From: Proteromonas lacertae
Lineage: Eukaryota
Direction: 5' to 3'
NCBI GenBank assembly: GCA_002245135.1
Contig: NGBS01000004.1
Location: forward strand, 310,001-330,761
DNA: 20,761 nt
In this document: positions 1 to 10,284 of the stretch, one piece after another
Layout: each line of letters opens with the position of its first letter
Numbering within the stretch: position 1 is the stretch's first letter
The notes under the pieces: generated by a model
The model's input: the letters and a program-made list of their open reading frames with translations, nothing else
Told to the model about the DNA's origin: nothing
Database searches by the model: none
Made by a program: the position numbers and the translations under genes

Positions 1-512
1 ACCATTACAACTATCAGTTGGAGTATTACTATAACCTCTCTTCTTATATCTTTTTATCATAGGTAATGGAAGATTCCAACAACTTAAATATTTAACTGAA
101 CCATTTCTAGCACCAATATATGGGTAAACTGGTGTTGAACTGATTTTAAATACAGCTATTTCTGTTTTATTCCTGTTTTTGCAAACATGTTTGATATTCC
201 ACTTTCTATTTTCAATTTCTCTTTACTAAATAACTCCCCATGATCTCTATTCAACGTTATATAACAATCATTCTCACTAATTGAATTATTTCTGTCACAA
301 TAACCAAACTTAATACAATCATTAAAACTCTCTATTTGGAATTTAAAATTATGAATTCTATTCTCCATCCTCTCTGATATTATGCTATTATCTGTCGCAA
401 CTTCATTGAGCTTCAAATTTCTAAAATCTATATGAAATTTTGATGATTCTTTATCACCTTCTTCACACAAACTAAACAATGGGTAAATTGACTTTGGTGA
501 TATATTTAACAC
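1..512 (-). pseudogene. Uncharacterised coding region, runs off the left edge, frameshifted
   Basis: ORF 156..512 stops at TAG, but a shifted frame stays open to base 1 (IAVFKISSTPVYPYIGARNGSVKYLSCWNLPLP...). One extra A in the run at ~165 would join the two. A further break lies near 512. No family recognised. Could be a sequencing error rather than true decay. Confidence 0.4.
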
Positions 513-911
513 TTATATTTCTTTAAATAAGTTTTTAAATCATAATTGAATATATAGTTTAATATACTTCATAACTATAGCATAATAATTGTAGGAATAA
601 TAAAATGGAGTAAATCAGCATATCATTCTTCACAATAGTGGATATTATAACCATTATACCATATACATTACTCTGAACAACTCATTTAATAAAAATATCA
701 CATACATATTACAATCAAAGTATAAGATGAATATTTAAAGTGAATCACATTTACATATACATACACTACTTTACATGTATATTAACTCTATAATTAAATT
801 ACATATTGAATGAGAATACTCTTTTATAGTTATATCTCTTATTTTCAATAACTTGTCTGTATATTAACCATTAATACATATCTATATAGCATTTATCACA
901 TATTGAAACAC

Positions 912-932
912 TCAAGCTTTTTAGCGGCTTGA
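912..932 (-). promoter_or_regulatory. Conserved downstream stem-loop, copy 1 (TCAAGC-9 nt-GCTTGA)
   Basis: Perfect 6-bp inverted repeat ~105 nt past the stop of 1037..1375. The same stem and loop length recur at 1787..1807. Confidence 0.55.
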
Positions 933-1036
933 TTGTTTTTCTTTATTTTTTTCTTGCTATACCAAATCAACAACAATTAAATGATAAACAATAATATATA
1001 TATGATGATTTTTTTTAAATAATAATAAAATGATGT

Positions 1037-1375
1037 TTATATACCAGAACTCAAGCTATCTCTTGAAGAACCAAATAAATATTTACTTTGTAATGTTTCA
1101 CTACGAGACAATGATGGTGTGATGTGAGTATTACTATCAGATTCAAATGAATCACTTAAACTAACACTATCTCTACTACTTATAGTTTCTGATGATGTGA
1201 GATGTTGGTTATTATCTTCTGAGTCTGGACTGTAAATTGCGTAAAAAGACTCTTTATGAGAAGAAATATCATCGTCACTCAATGGAGAGTCTTCATTCCT
1301 GTGTATACATACGCTTCTTCTATCATCTTTAACACTTTTAATTGTTCTAGGACTGTTATCGTTTGAATAAGACAT
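1037..1375 (-). CDS. Small Ser/Asp-rich intronless protein (112 aa), paralogue A
   Basis: ATG..TAA ORF. The N-terminus MSYSNDNSPRTIKSVKDDRRS and C-terminus PSLSRSETLQSKYLFG align with paralogue B. Confidence 0.75.
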   Translation of the reverse strand: MSYSNDNSPRTIKSVKDDRRSVCIHRNEDSPLSDDDISSHKESFYAIYSPDSEDNNQHLTSSETISSRDSVSLSDSFESDSNTHITPSLSRSETLQSKYLFGSSRDSLSSGI

Positions 1376-1786
1376 GAGAAAAAACTAGTTAGGTTGAGTA
1401 TTTGTTTTCTGTTTGACTATTTTACATTCATAACAAACGACATGAAACGGACAAGAATTCTTTAGAAACACATACTTCATACCACTTCCATTAAAAAAAC
1501 ATTTTAGTAAATCTTTAACTCTAGTTACTGTATTTACTCCTTTCCTGATAGTATGGAATATAACTCATCAGCAAATGTCAGTTTATATCATTCATTTAAA
1601 TTATCACTAAATTATTGTTTTTCACTTACAGTTTATCTCTCCTAAGATTAATTATCAGCAAGAAAAAGAATATCGATGTTTTTATTCCATTTCTAAAATT
1701 ATGTAATCAAGTACAAAATGAATTCATCCATATGAATGAATAACAACATATCTGATATGAATAAACAACATTTAAATTTTGAAAAC

Positions 1787-1807
1787 TCAAGCTTTTATGT
1801 GGCTTGA
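1787..1807 (-). promoter_or_regulatory. Conserved downstream stem-loop, copy 2
   Basis: TCAAGC-ttttatgtg-GCTTGA ~115 nt past the stop of paralogue B. Stem identical to copy 1, loop diverged. Confidence 0.55.
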
Positions 1808-1922
1808 TTTATCTCTTCACGATTTCTCTTCACTTTAACAGTTTATAAACCCAACATACAACAGGTTATATAATAATAAATGAATTAATAAGGTTTTAAA
1901 GTTTTTTTTACTCTTAGTCCGA

Positions 1923-2264
1923 TTAATCAGAATCATCAATCAAGGCGCCAAATAAAAAATCACTTTGTTCTGTTTCGCTACGATGTAAAGATGGTCTGGG
2001 GTTTATATTTTCATCAGGTTCTTCGGAATTGTTACATAAATTGTCATTTCCTCTTTGGTTGTAGAAGGGATGTAATGGCTCTACGAGATTGTGGTGGTTA
2101 TCAATAGTTGATGATTTTGAGTTGTAAATACCTTGATTTAAAGAATTATTTACTGAAATAGTGTTACTGACAGATGAATCTTCTTCGCAAGGAATATAAA
2201 TACTTTTTCTGTCGTCTTTGAAGCTTTTTATGCTTCTTGGACTGTTATTATCTGGAAATGACAT
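1923..2264 (-). CDS. Small Ser/Asn-rich intronless protein (113 aa), paralogue B
   Basis: Start set at ATG 2264 (MSFPDNNSPRSIKSFKDDRKS) by alignment with paralogue A. C-terminal PSLHRSETEQSDFLFG. Confidence 0.75.
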   Translation of the reverse strand: MSFPDNNSPRSIKSFKDDRKSIYIPCEEDSSVSNTISVNNSLNQGIYNSKSSTIDNHHNLVEPLHPFYNQRGNDNLCNNSEEPDENINPRPSLHRSETEQSDFLFGALIDDSD

Positions 2265-2434
2265 GTTGAATGAGTTGTTTAATATTGATATTATAGACAT
2301 TATACTTCTAACACATGTAATATGTAATACACTTAGAAAACTGTATTGTATTAACAAAACGAATAAATAAACGGATATATTTGAAACGAATACTATTTTG
2401 AATTTTTGAATTTTGCTTTTTTCTCAGCTATTAA

Positions 2435-3686
2435 ATGGATTTAATAAAACATTACTCTACTTTTGAGATATTAGATACAAAATTAACAGCAGATTGTGTT
2501 GAAACAATCGCTACTGATGAAATGAAAGGTATTTTACTCCTACGATGTATGTTAGATATAATTGCAATTGGTACTTATCAATTAAATGAAGAGACAAGGG
2601 ATAGAAATGGAGCAGTAACAATCAGAAAAGTATTGAGATAAATCTTTAACTGTTAGTATTGTGCTCAAACTAAAACTTCAGAAATGCTATGTACAACAGA
2701 AATGCCTGGAATATTGGATATGAAATGGTAATAATATATAGAAGATTTATATCACATTAGGAATTATGTGGAAGAGAATTATCTAATAGGTTGTGCTTGT
2801 ACAGATGCTCAACTAAGGATATACAATTATAATACCGATTTACATGAACTTAATCAAACACAAATCATAAAAATAGATGAGAATGATGAAATTATTTCAT
2901 TATCAATAGATTGGGATATGCAAAATAAATCCCATCTATTAACCAGTCATTCAGATGGATACATATCAATACATGATATAAATGGAGAAGAGATATCTAA
3001 AGTATAATATTTAATAATCAATATATATATGTATATTTATAGTGGAAAGGTCATAATCTATATGGAATGCCAACTGAAGTATGGATTGCTAATTATAACA
3101 AAATAAACTCCAATATAATATACAGTGGAGCAGATGATACATATATGAAAAGTATGAAATATATATATAATACAATTAGTATGGGATGATAGAAGTTTAA
3201 CTCAACCAATACAAATAATAAAAGAACATCAAGCTGGAGTTTGTTCAATGCAATCTCATCCATCATTGTATTTTATAATAATTATTATAATTATTTAGAG
3301 AGAATATATTCACAACAGGTTCTTATGATGAATATGTAAGAATATGGGATACTAGAAATATGAGTAAATCAATCACCAAAATAAAATTAAATGGTGGAAT
3401 ATGGAGAATAAAATGGCATCCTTATCAAGCAGTATATTATTAAGTAATTGTTATCTATTACAATTAGGATTTGCTATTAATTGCAGGAATGAGAGGAGGA
3501 GGTTATATATTGAATTATGATGATAATAATAACTTTGAAATATTAAGACAGAATCTTGATCATGAAAGTGAGAATTTAACATATGGAAGTGATTGGATAA
3601 ACCCACAAAGAGAGAGTAAATCGTATGTTGTTGGAACTGCTTCATTTTATAATCATGAATATAGAACTTGGGGTTTTGATTTATAA
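2435..3686 (+). CDS. DPH7: Diphthine methylesterase DPH7/WDR85-type WD40 protein (342 aa, 7 introns)
   Basis: GT-AG introns 2529-2555, 2630-2656, 2728-2760, 3002-3042, 3152-3179, 3268-3298 and 3432-3467 give an intact frame. Motifs ADCVE, AIGTYQL, GILDMKW, YSGADD, TGSYDEYVRIWD, GGIWRIKWHP, HESENLTYGSDW and ASFY. Confidence 0.88.
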
Positions 3687-3716
3687 GTAAAAAAAAATAA
3701 GTAAATATTTATGTTT

Positions 3717-4264
3717 CTAATTATTCTTATTATAATAATAAACCTTCACACCTCTACAATGTTCTACTTTAATTGGAGTTATATAAGGTAATGAAAATAT
3801 ATAAGTGACTATTTTTACACCTTTTTCATATAATGGTTGAATTATTGGTTGTATTTTCTTTAAACCTTCTGGAACTAGATATAGGAAAATTAATGTTGCA
3901 TCTGTAATATTTGCATCTAGTGACGATTGATGATATACATTCTATTGATTATAAAACAAAAAAACACAATTATACTATCAATTCCTCCAATTTTTCATTT
4001 TTTATATTTTGAACAGCTCTATCATAGAATGTTTTATCATATTCATAACCTACACATTTACAACCAACTGTTTTAGCTGCATAAATTAAAACTCTACCGT
4101 CTCCACATCCCAAATCATAAACAACATCATTTGGTTGTAAATCTGCTAATTTAAATACTAATTCTATTGCCTATATATAAACCAAAGATAAATAATACTT
4201 CATCACAAGTAGGATTAAATGGAGCTAATTTTTCACCAACTTTTGTCTCATCTTTATCTGACAT
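3717..4264 (-). CDS. Class I SAM-dependent methyltransferase, FAM173-like small protein lysine methyltransferase (161 aa, 2 introns)
   Basis: Introns 4171-4198 and 3942-3975. LAPFNPT, motif I VYDLGCGDGR, CVGYEYD, LIFLYL, IVTYIFSLP, C-terminal VKVYYY, TAG at 3717-3719. Confidence 0.85.
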
Positions 4265-4368
4265 ACTGCTATTTATCCAATATATTGCATATATAAGAAA
4301 AAATAAAGATTTACCTAAAAAGAGTAAATTACATGTAATAGCCAACGTGTTTTTAAAAAATTCTTTTT

Positions 4369-7300
4369 ATGGATGGTATTAATTTATTAGTTATTAAAAA
4401 TGCTGGTATTCCTGTTACAGTAGGAACTTACTTGTATATTTATATCAATATCCATATTTAGACGATCGGGAATGAGAAATGGTGCTCCTGTATTCTCTGG
4501 GTCTTATGGTTTGATGATATTTAAAGAAATAATTAATGGTGAAGCAGGATGGATTATAGGAGATATGACAACAGGTTATTATGCATGTCAGTCAGATGTT
4601 AATTTCCCTCCACAAATTGGATGGAAATGCATTCAAGCTGGTGTAGCACCGCCTCCAATAGTTGAATATATAGTATATTTAATCAAGATTTAAACAAATA
4701 GGATGATAAAGTACTTCTCAACTTACTTCCAACCACCAAAATAGCAACAGATTTACAAAGTTCTCATTACTGGATGGATCATCTATTTTCAGCATGTCGT
4801 GGTAATCGTCTAGGCTTAGTAAAAGAGATAATAGAACATGGTTGTCCAATAGATTTAACAGAAAGTGATTCAGGTGATACACCCTTATTAATAGCATGTG
4901 AAAAAGGATTTACACAATTATTAGAATATTGTTTACAACAGAAAGCAGCTATTGATCCACATCCTGATTTTGGATATACTGGTTTTCAAGTATGAAATAT
5001 AAATTATTAAATTTTTAATTATTTTCTTCTTATTCTTATATATATATATATATATATATATAGTTGGCTGTAATGAATGGTCATTATGATTGCTGTTCAA
5101 TATTACTAGAAAAAGCTCAACAAAGAGGAGAATTGAAGCTATTATTAAGTAATGCAGATTTAGAAGGAGATTTACCTATTCATTTATGTGCAGGAAGAGG
5201 ACATTTAGATATATTACGATTATTATTACAATATGACGCTGTATTAACAGAACCAAATAAAGAAAAGAAGACTGTATTACATTTTGCAGCATCTCAAGGC
5301 AGAGTAGAAATGACACAATTCATATTACAAAACGTAAATTATGAGTTTATTAATCTTCAAGATATGGATGGAAATACAGCTTTACATGTAGCAGCAATGA
5401 ATGATAGAGATAGTATAGTGAGATTATTGATCGAATATAAAGCTGATCCAAATATTAGAAATAATAATGGTGAAAAACCATATGATATAGCAGTAGCTCA
5501 AAGAAGTCAAGAAGCTATCAGAGCATTAGAACCATTTAATACTAAAAAGAGTATAAATAAATAAATAATTAAATTGTATTTTATGTATATAGACTTTAGC
5601 TATAGAGATGGCACATATGAAAGAGGTTTATTCCGAGGTATGAAGATAGCTGTACCTGACATAATTGAAGGTGAAGATGCTGATAGAACGAGAGATTGGG
5701 CATTCTTTCAATATGCACTTAGACCAAGAGCACCTGAGTTATTTGCAGTGGAAGATAAGAATAGTCATCGATATGTTGTATATAGAACTATTACACCCGA
5801 AACAGATGAGTATATATTCATTAATATTAATATTTTGTCTATTTATTATTACATAGTCCACCCTATTATTTGAATGAAGAAACAAATGAAACAACATATG
5901 ATGATCCTAGAGCAATGCATGATGTATATATTACTTATATTATAATTTAGTGGTTTAAAGCTCCACCTCATTCCTATGATGAAGATGATAAGAAAGATTT
6001 AGAATTAGAAGCTCTAATCGCAGAGAATGACAGATTATTCAAGAAACTAATGGATTTGACTCGTAAATATGACAGAGAAACAAAGAATAAACGTGGTATT
6101 CATGAATTAGAATTGAATCAAAAGGATGAAACAATCGAACAATTTAAACAAGAGATTGATGATTTAAGTAGTTTAGGTGGTGAAGATAGAGTAAAGAGAT
6201 TATTAGCAGCCATAGAAAACTTACAAAAGATCGTAGATCAATTATTAGCAGAATATAATGAAAAGATGGCTAAATGGAATGAATTGAATAATAAATTCGA
6301 TAATTTGATTGGTTTAGAAATGAACAGAGCTGTTATGGATAATTTAGATTGGAGAAAAGGAAACAGAAAGCACAAAAAGAGAGAAAATATCTTGGTCTTC
6401 TGCAGAGTCCGTCCATTATTACCATACGAAGTTGCTAAAGGTGAATCAATGTATACAACTGAATTTCCATTTGAAGATGTCATTGTAATGAATAAATCAG
6501 GTTATGCCTATACATTCAATTTCGATCAAGTCTTCCCACCTAATGATTCACAAGAAAGAGTATTCCAAGAAGTTGAACCATTTATTACTAAAGCGTTAGA
6601 TGGATTTAACTTATGTATATTTGCTTATGGCCAAACTGGTGCTGGTAAGACTCATACTATGATGGGACCTGAAGAAGATCCTGGTTTGATGTTTAGAACA
6701 TTAAATACACTATTCTATCTAATGCAAGTTAGAAAGAATGAATGTAGATATAACTGTTCATTGAGTATAATTGAAGTTTATAATGAGATGGTTACTGATT
6801 TATTGAATGCTGATAAGAAGGCTGGTTATAACTTAGAATTACGTTTAGGTAAAGATGGTAAAGTTTATACTGATGGTTTGTTAAGATTAGATGTTAATTC
6901 ATATTCTGAAGTTATTGATTATTTCGCTAAGGCTAGTGAAAATAGAGCAATTGGTAAACATAATATGAATGAACACTCTTCCAGATCTCACTTGATTATT
7001 ACAATTAACTTAGCTGGTATTAATTTAAAGACTGGTGAGTCAAAGTTTAGTCGTCTACATCTTATCGATCTTGCTGGTAGTGAGAGAGTGTATAAGACAG
7101 CAGCAGATGGTGCTAGATTGAATGAAGCAAAATCTATCAACAAGAGTGTATATTTATTGTTATTTTTATATATTATTTGAATAGTTGAGTGCTTTAGGTG
7201 GTGTTATTAATGCATTCGCAATGAAGAGCAAGCATGTTCCATACAGAGATTCGAAATTGACTTATTACTTGCAAGAATCATTGTCTGGTGATTCTAAATT

Positions 7301-7403
7301 ACTAATGTTTGTTAATATATCCCCAGCTAAATGGAATTTATCAGAATCTATAGCTTCCTTACAGTTTGCATCAAGATGTAGATCATTGAACGATGGTGCA
7401 TAG
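4369..7403 (+). CDS. Multidomain kinesin-14 (C-terminal motor) with N-terminal Gly/Trp/Pro domain, ankyrin repeats, WW-like module and coiled coil (916 aa, 7 introns)
   Basis: Introns 4434-4461, 4673-4701, 4990-5063, 5551-5592, 5810-5856, 5924-5950 and 7148-7184 leave 2751 nt in one frame. Ankyrin GDTPLLIA, GDLPIHLC, GNTALHVA. Motor NILVFCRVRP, AYGQTGAGKT, NEHSSRSH, DLAGSER, HVPYRDSKLT. Confidence 0.88.
5037..5062. repeat. (TA)13 microsatellite inside intron 3 of the kinesin gene
   Basis: Perfect TA run abutting the 3' AG. Makes this intron 74 nt long. Confidence 0.9.
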
Positions 7404-7669
7404 AAAATTATACATATTAATATTTTATTTTATCGATATATTATTTGTGTTAATAAATCATGAAAACTATTTGTTGTTAAAAATCTCAAAATCAAGTTAA
7501 TCTTTTTCAGCAACTGAAATATTAGAGTTTATATAAAAATTAGTGTGAAGTGTAAATGTGATAAATGTAAAGTGAAAAATAACTGACTATAAATTCGAAA
7601 TTTTTCGTTTAGAAAAACTTCTTTTTAATTCTTTGCTTCTAGTCGCTTAGCAGTTTTATATTTACTATA

Positions 7670-8153
7670 ATGTCTACTGATTCAAATAGTCATACTGATA
7701 GTATCATAAAAGATAAACCAGAACAACCAACAAAGTGTTTATCACCAGATTGCAGTTTTTACGGGTATACTATATTATAGCTATACTTTATTAGTAATCC
7801 AGCAACAGAAAATTATTGTTCTGCGTGTTATAAAAAAGTAATAAGTATATTTCTTGGATTTTACACTTCTAGGTACAAGGACACAAACAGGGCCAGTAAC
7901 AGAACAACCGGCACAAGCAAGTGAATCACAACTAGATAGTTCACAACCACAACAAAAGAATAAAAACAGATGTTATTTGTGTAATAAGAAAGTGGGGTTG
8001 CTCGGATTTAAATGTAAATGTGGTTATATATTCTGTGGAACACACAGATATGCTGATCAACACAGCTGTTCTTTCGACTATAAAAAACAAAATCACGATA
8101 TTCTGGTGAAAGCAAACCCTGTTATTGAAGCTTCCAAAGTTGAATCAATTTAG
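7670..8153 (+). CDS. A20/AN1 zinc-finger protein (SAP/ZFAND5-6 family, 141 aa, 2 introns)
   Basis: Introns 7765-7794 and 7845-7872. A20 finger CLSPDCSFYGNPATENYCSAC, and AN1 finger CYLCNKKVGLLGFKCKCGYIFCGTHRYADQHSCSFDY. Confidence 0.92.
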
Positions 8154-8223
8154 TTTAGTTAGTAAATGAAATTTATATATAGTATGTAGGGATTAACATA
8201 TTTAAGTCATAATTTAAATAAAA

Positions 8224-8777
8224 CTAATAACTAACGAGTCCAACACTAGCTGCTTTGTGCTTTTTTGCTTTCTTCTTCTCTCCCTCACCTTTTCGTTTCT
8301 TTGCTTTTACAACAATGTCTATATATTGAAAAAATAAAAAATACTTGTGGGTATTTGAACATCGGATGATTCCTTTGTTGAAAGATCTTCCAACATGTTA
8401 GATCCCTTTTCTTCTGCTTCTAATACTTTCTCTTTTATTAATTAAGGATAATTTCAAGAATGTATTTATTTTTTCAATAAAGATATTTTAAATTTCTGTA
8501 GTTCTTTATCTAGTTTTGCTTTTTCAATTTGTTGTTTTTCTTTATTTTTAGCTGCTTGTTCTCTCAAAAACCTCAAATCACTTTGGTCAAAAACTCCTTT
8601 TGATTCTATATTACCTGCAGCGATTTCATCTTCTCCAGCTATTTTATTTATTAAATCTTTGTCTTCCGAACCAGTCATTGTTGTAAATTCCACTCCTAAA
8701 TATCAAAAAGCCAAGAGAATACCAGCCAGTTTAACTTCTTCAGGCATATATTCTCTATAAGTTCCACTACCACTCAT
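8224..8777 (-). CDS. Small charged nuclear protein, possibly FAM192A/NIP30/Fyv6-like (~147 aa, 3 introns, one U12-type)
   Basis: ATG 8777, GT-AG introns 8696-8722 and 8319-8344, non-canonical intron 8430-8486. GVFDQSDLRFLRE...ELQKFK, IVVKAKKRK and terminal GLVSY* resemble this family from memory. Gene structure is more certain than the family call. Confidence 0.55.
8430..8486 (-). other. Minor-spliceosome (U12-type) intron, AT-AG (alternative AT-AA end at 8433)
   Basis: 5' site ATATCTTT, branch site TCCTTAAT (8441-8448) with the branch A 12 nt from the AG. Removal deletes an in-frame TAA and restores the frame. No GT donor nearby. Confidence 0.75.
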
Positions 8778-8866
8778 AATCTCTCAAAAAAGAAAAAAAA
8801 GATATTTGGCTTGATGTTTTAAATTATGTCCTTTCATAGTATAAAAGAAAAACATTCATAAACTAA

Positions 8867-10284
8867 TTAAATTATTCTTCTACTTCTATTATAATGTATT
8901 TTAAGCAAATTTAAAAGATTTAGACGAACTTCATCAATTTGCTCAGCTGCTTCAGCTTCATTTTTTTCAACGAATTTAATTTTGTAAGTAGGAGCATCAT
9001 TAAAATTAAATACAGGGTAAGGAACTTTTAAATATTTGTCAAAAAAACATTTAATATAATAAAATATGTACAAACCACAATCATAATCATTTTGCTGTTT
9101 TGGCAATCTAAATGACATACCTGGGTAGTTTTTCCTTCTATAAATAGGAAAAAACTCTTTCAAAGTACTATATTCACTATTTTCTTGATAAAATACTTCT
9201 GTTAGAAAGTTTCTAATTGTTACAGTAATTGATGTTATATTCGTTGTTCCACTGTTTATATAGAATATTCCACTATATGCTCCACGTGTTATTTTACTTT
9301 TACTGTTTTTATCTGTTTGCAGTTTCTTATAAGCTTCTATATATTCTATATAAATAAGAATATATATACTTTTTACTATGTTTTGTTGTGATGGATTTTC
9401 TAATATATATTTCTCCATTTCTTCTTCATTTTTCAAACAACTCAATGAAATATCTTGAGGCAAATCTTGTAGAAATGAAATATATCTTTGAGATACATAG
9501 AATGTATTGTATAATATAACTGCAGTCCAATGATGACTAAAATTAGAAATAATATTAATATATTTTAATACTTTTTACATATTGGAATAATAATAAATTC
9601 CTTCTTTAGCAGATCTTTCCATTTTGATATACTCCTACTATATGATTGTGGTTGATTAATAACCTAATAAAATGAATTAATAGAAATACATTATCATAAA
9701 AATAAGAAGGTAGTAGTTCAACTCTATCTTTATCCCAATCTTCATATAATCTCACTAATAGAAACTCTACTATCTTATCATTCACAATATTCTCTTTATG
9801 CAGCATAACTAACTCTCTATCTGTAATATCTATTTTAATCTATAAATATATATGTAATAGACATGCTTTATCAGCTGGATGTTCATACGATTCAATAACA
9901 TTGGTAGATGTTACATCTATAATTCCTCTATAATACACTTTACCCCATTCAAAACTAATCAAGTATTCATAACCACCTTTAAATTTTCTATTCTTTTCTT
10001 TGATTATTCCCCAGCCATAATTTGTATGAACTATATCACCAACATCATATCTTATTTTTTTCGATCTTTTATCTCTATTTTCTATCTCGTCTTCATCACT
10101 ATCTGCAATATCTACCACTTTCAATTTTCTTTTTTTGGGAACTGACTGTTTTTGCTTTGTCTCTGTTATAGTTACATACATTTTATAATTGACTGTAACA
10201 CTATAAGAATTCTAATCTATTTTGCAAATAGGACTTATATACTTGACCCAAGCTGGGCTCGTTGAATTTTGACTTTAACACCAT
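8867..10284 (-). CDS. Ulp1/SENP family (peptidase C48) SUMO-protease-like protein (~424 aa, 5 introns)
   Basis: Introns 10212-10242, 9840-9866 (GC-AG), 9664-9689, 9537-9571 and 9346-9369. Motifs IVNDKIVEF, PSYFY, FIIIPICKNHHW and PKQQNDYDCGLYI. Confidence 0.82.

Noticed and set aside
2265..2357. N-terminal extension of ORF 1923..2357
   Set aside because: It begins at a non-ATG codon, and the paralogue alignment starts at the ATG at 2264.
8462..8486. 25-nt AT-AC intron using the AC at 8462-8463
   Set aside because: It excludes the branch-site motif and leads to a stop seven codons later instead of joining the downstream exon.
8797..8804. Second ATATCTTT U12-like donor
   Set aside because: It lies upstream of the ATG in a poly-T tract, with no branch motif following.
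2435..10284. Stop codons created by polyadenylation
   Set aside because: Every complete gene modelled here has a genomically encoded stop.
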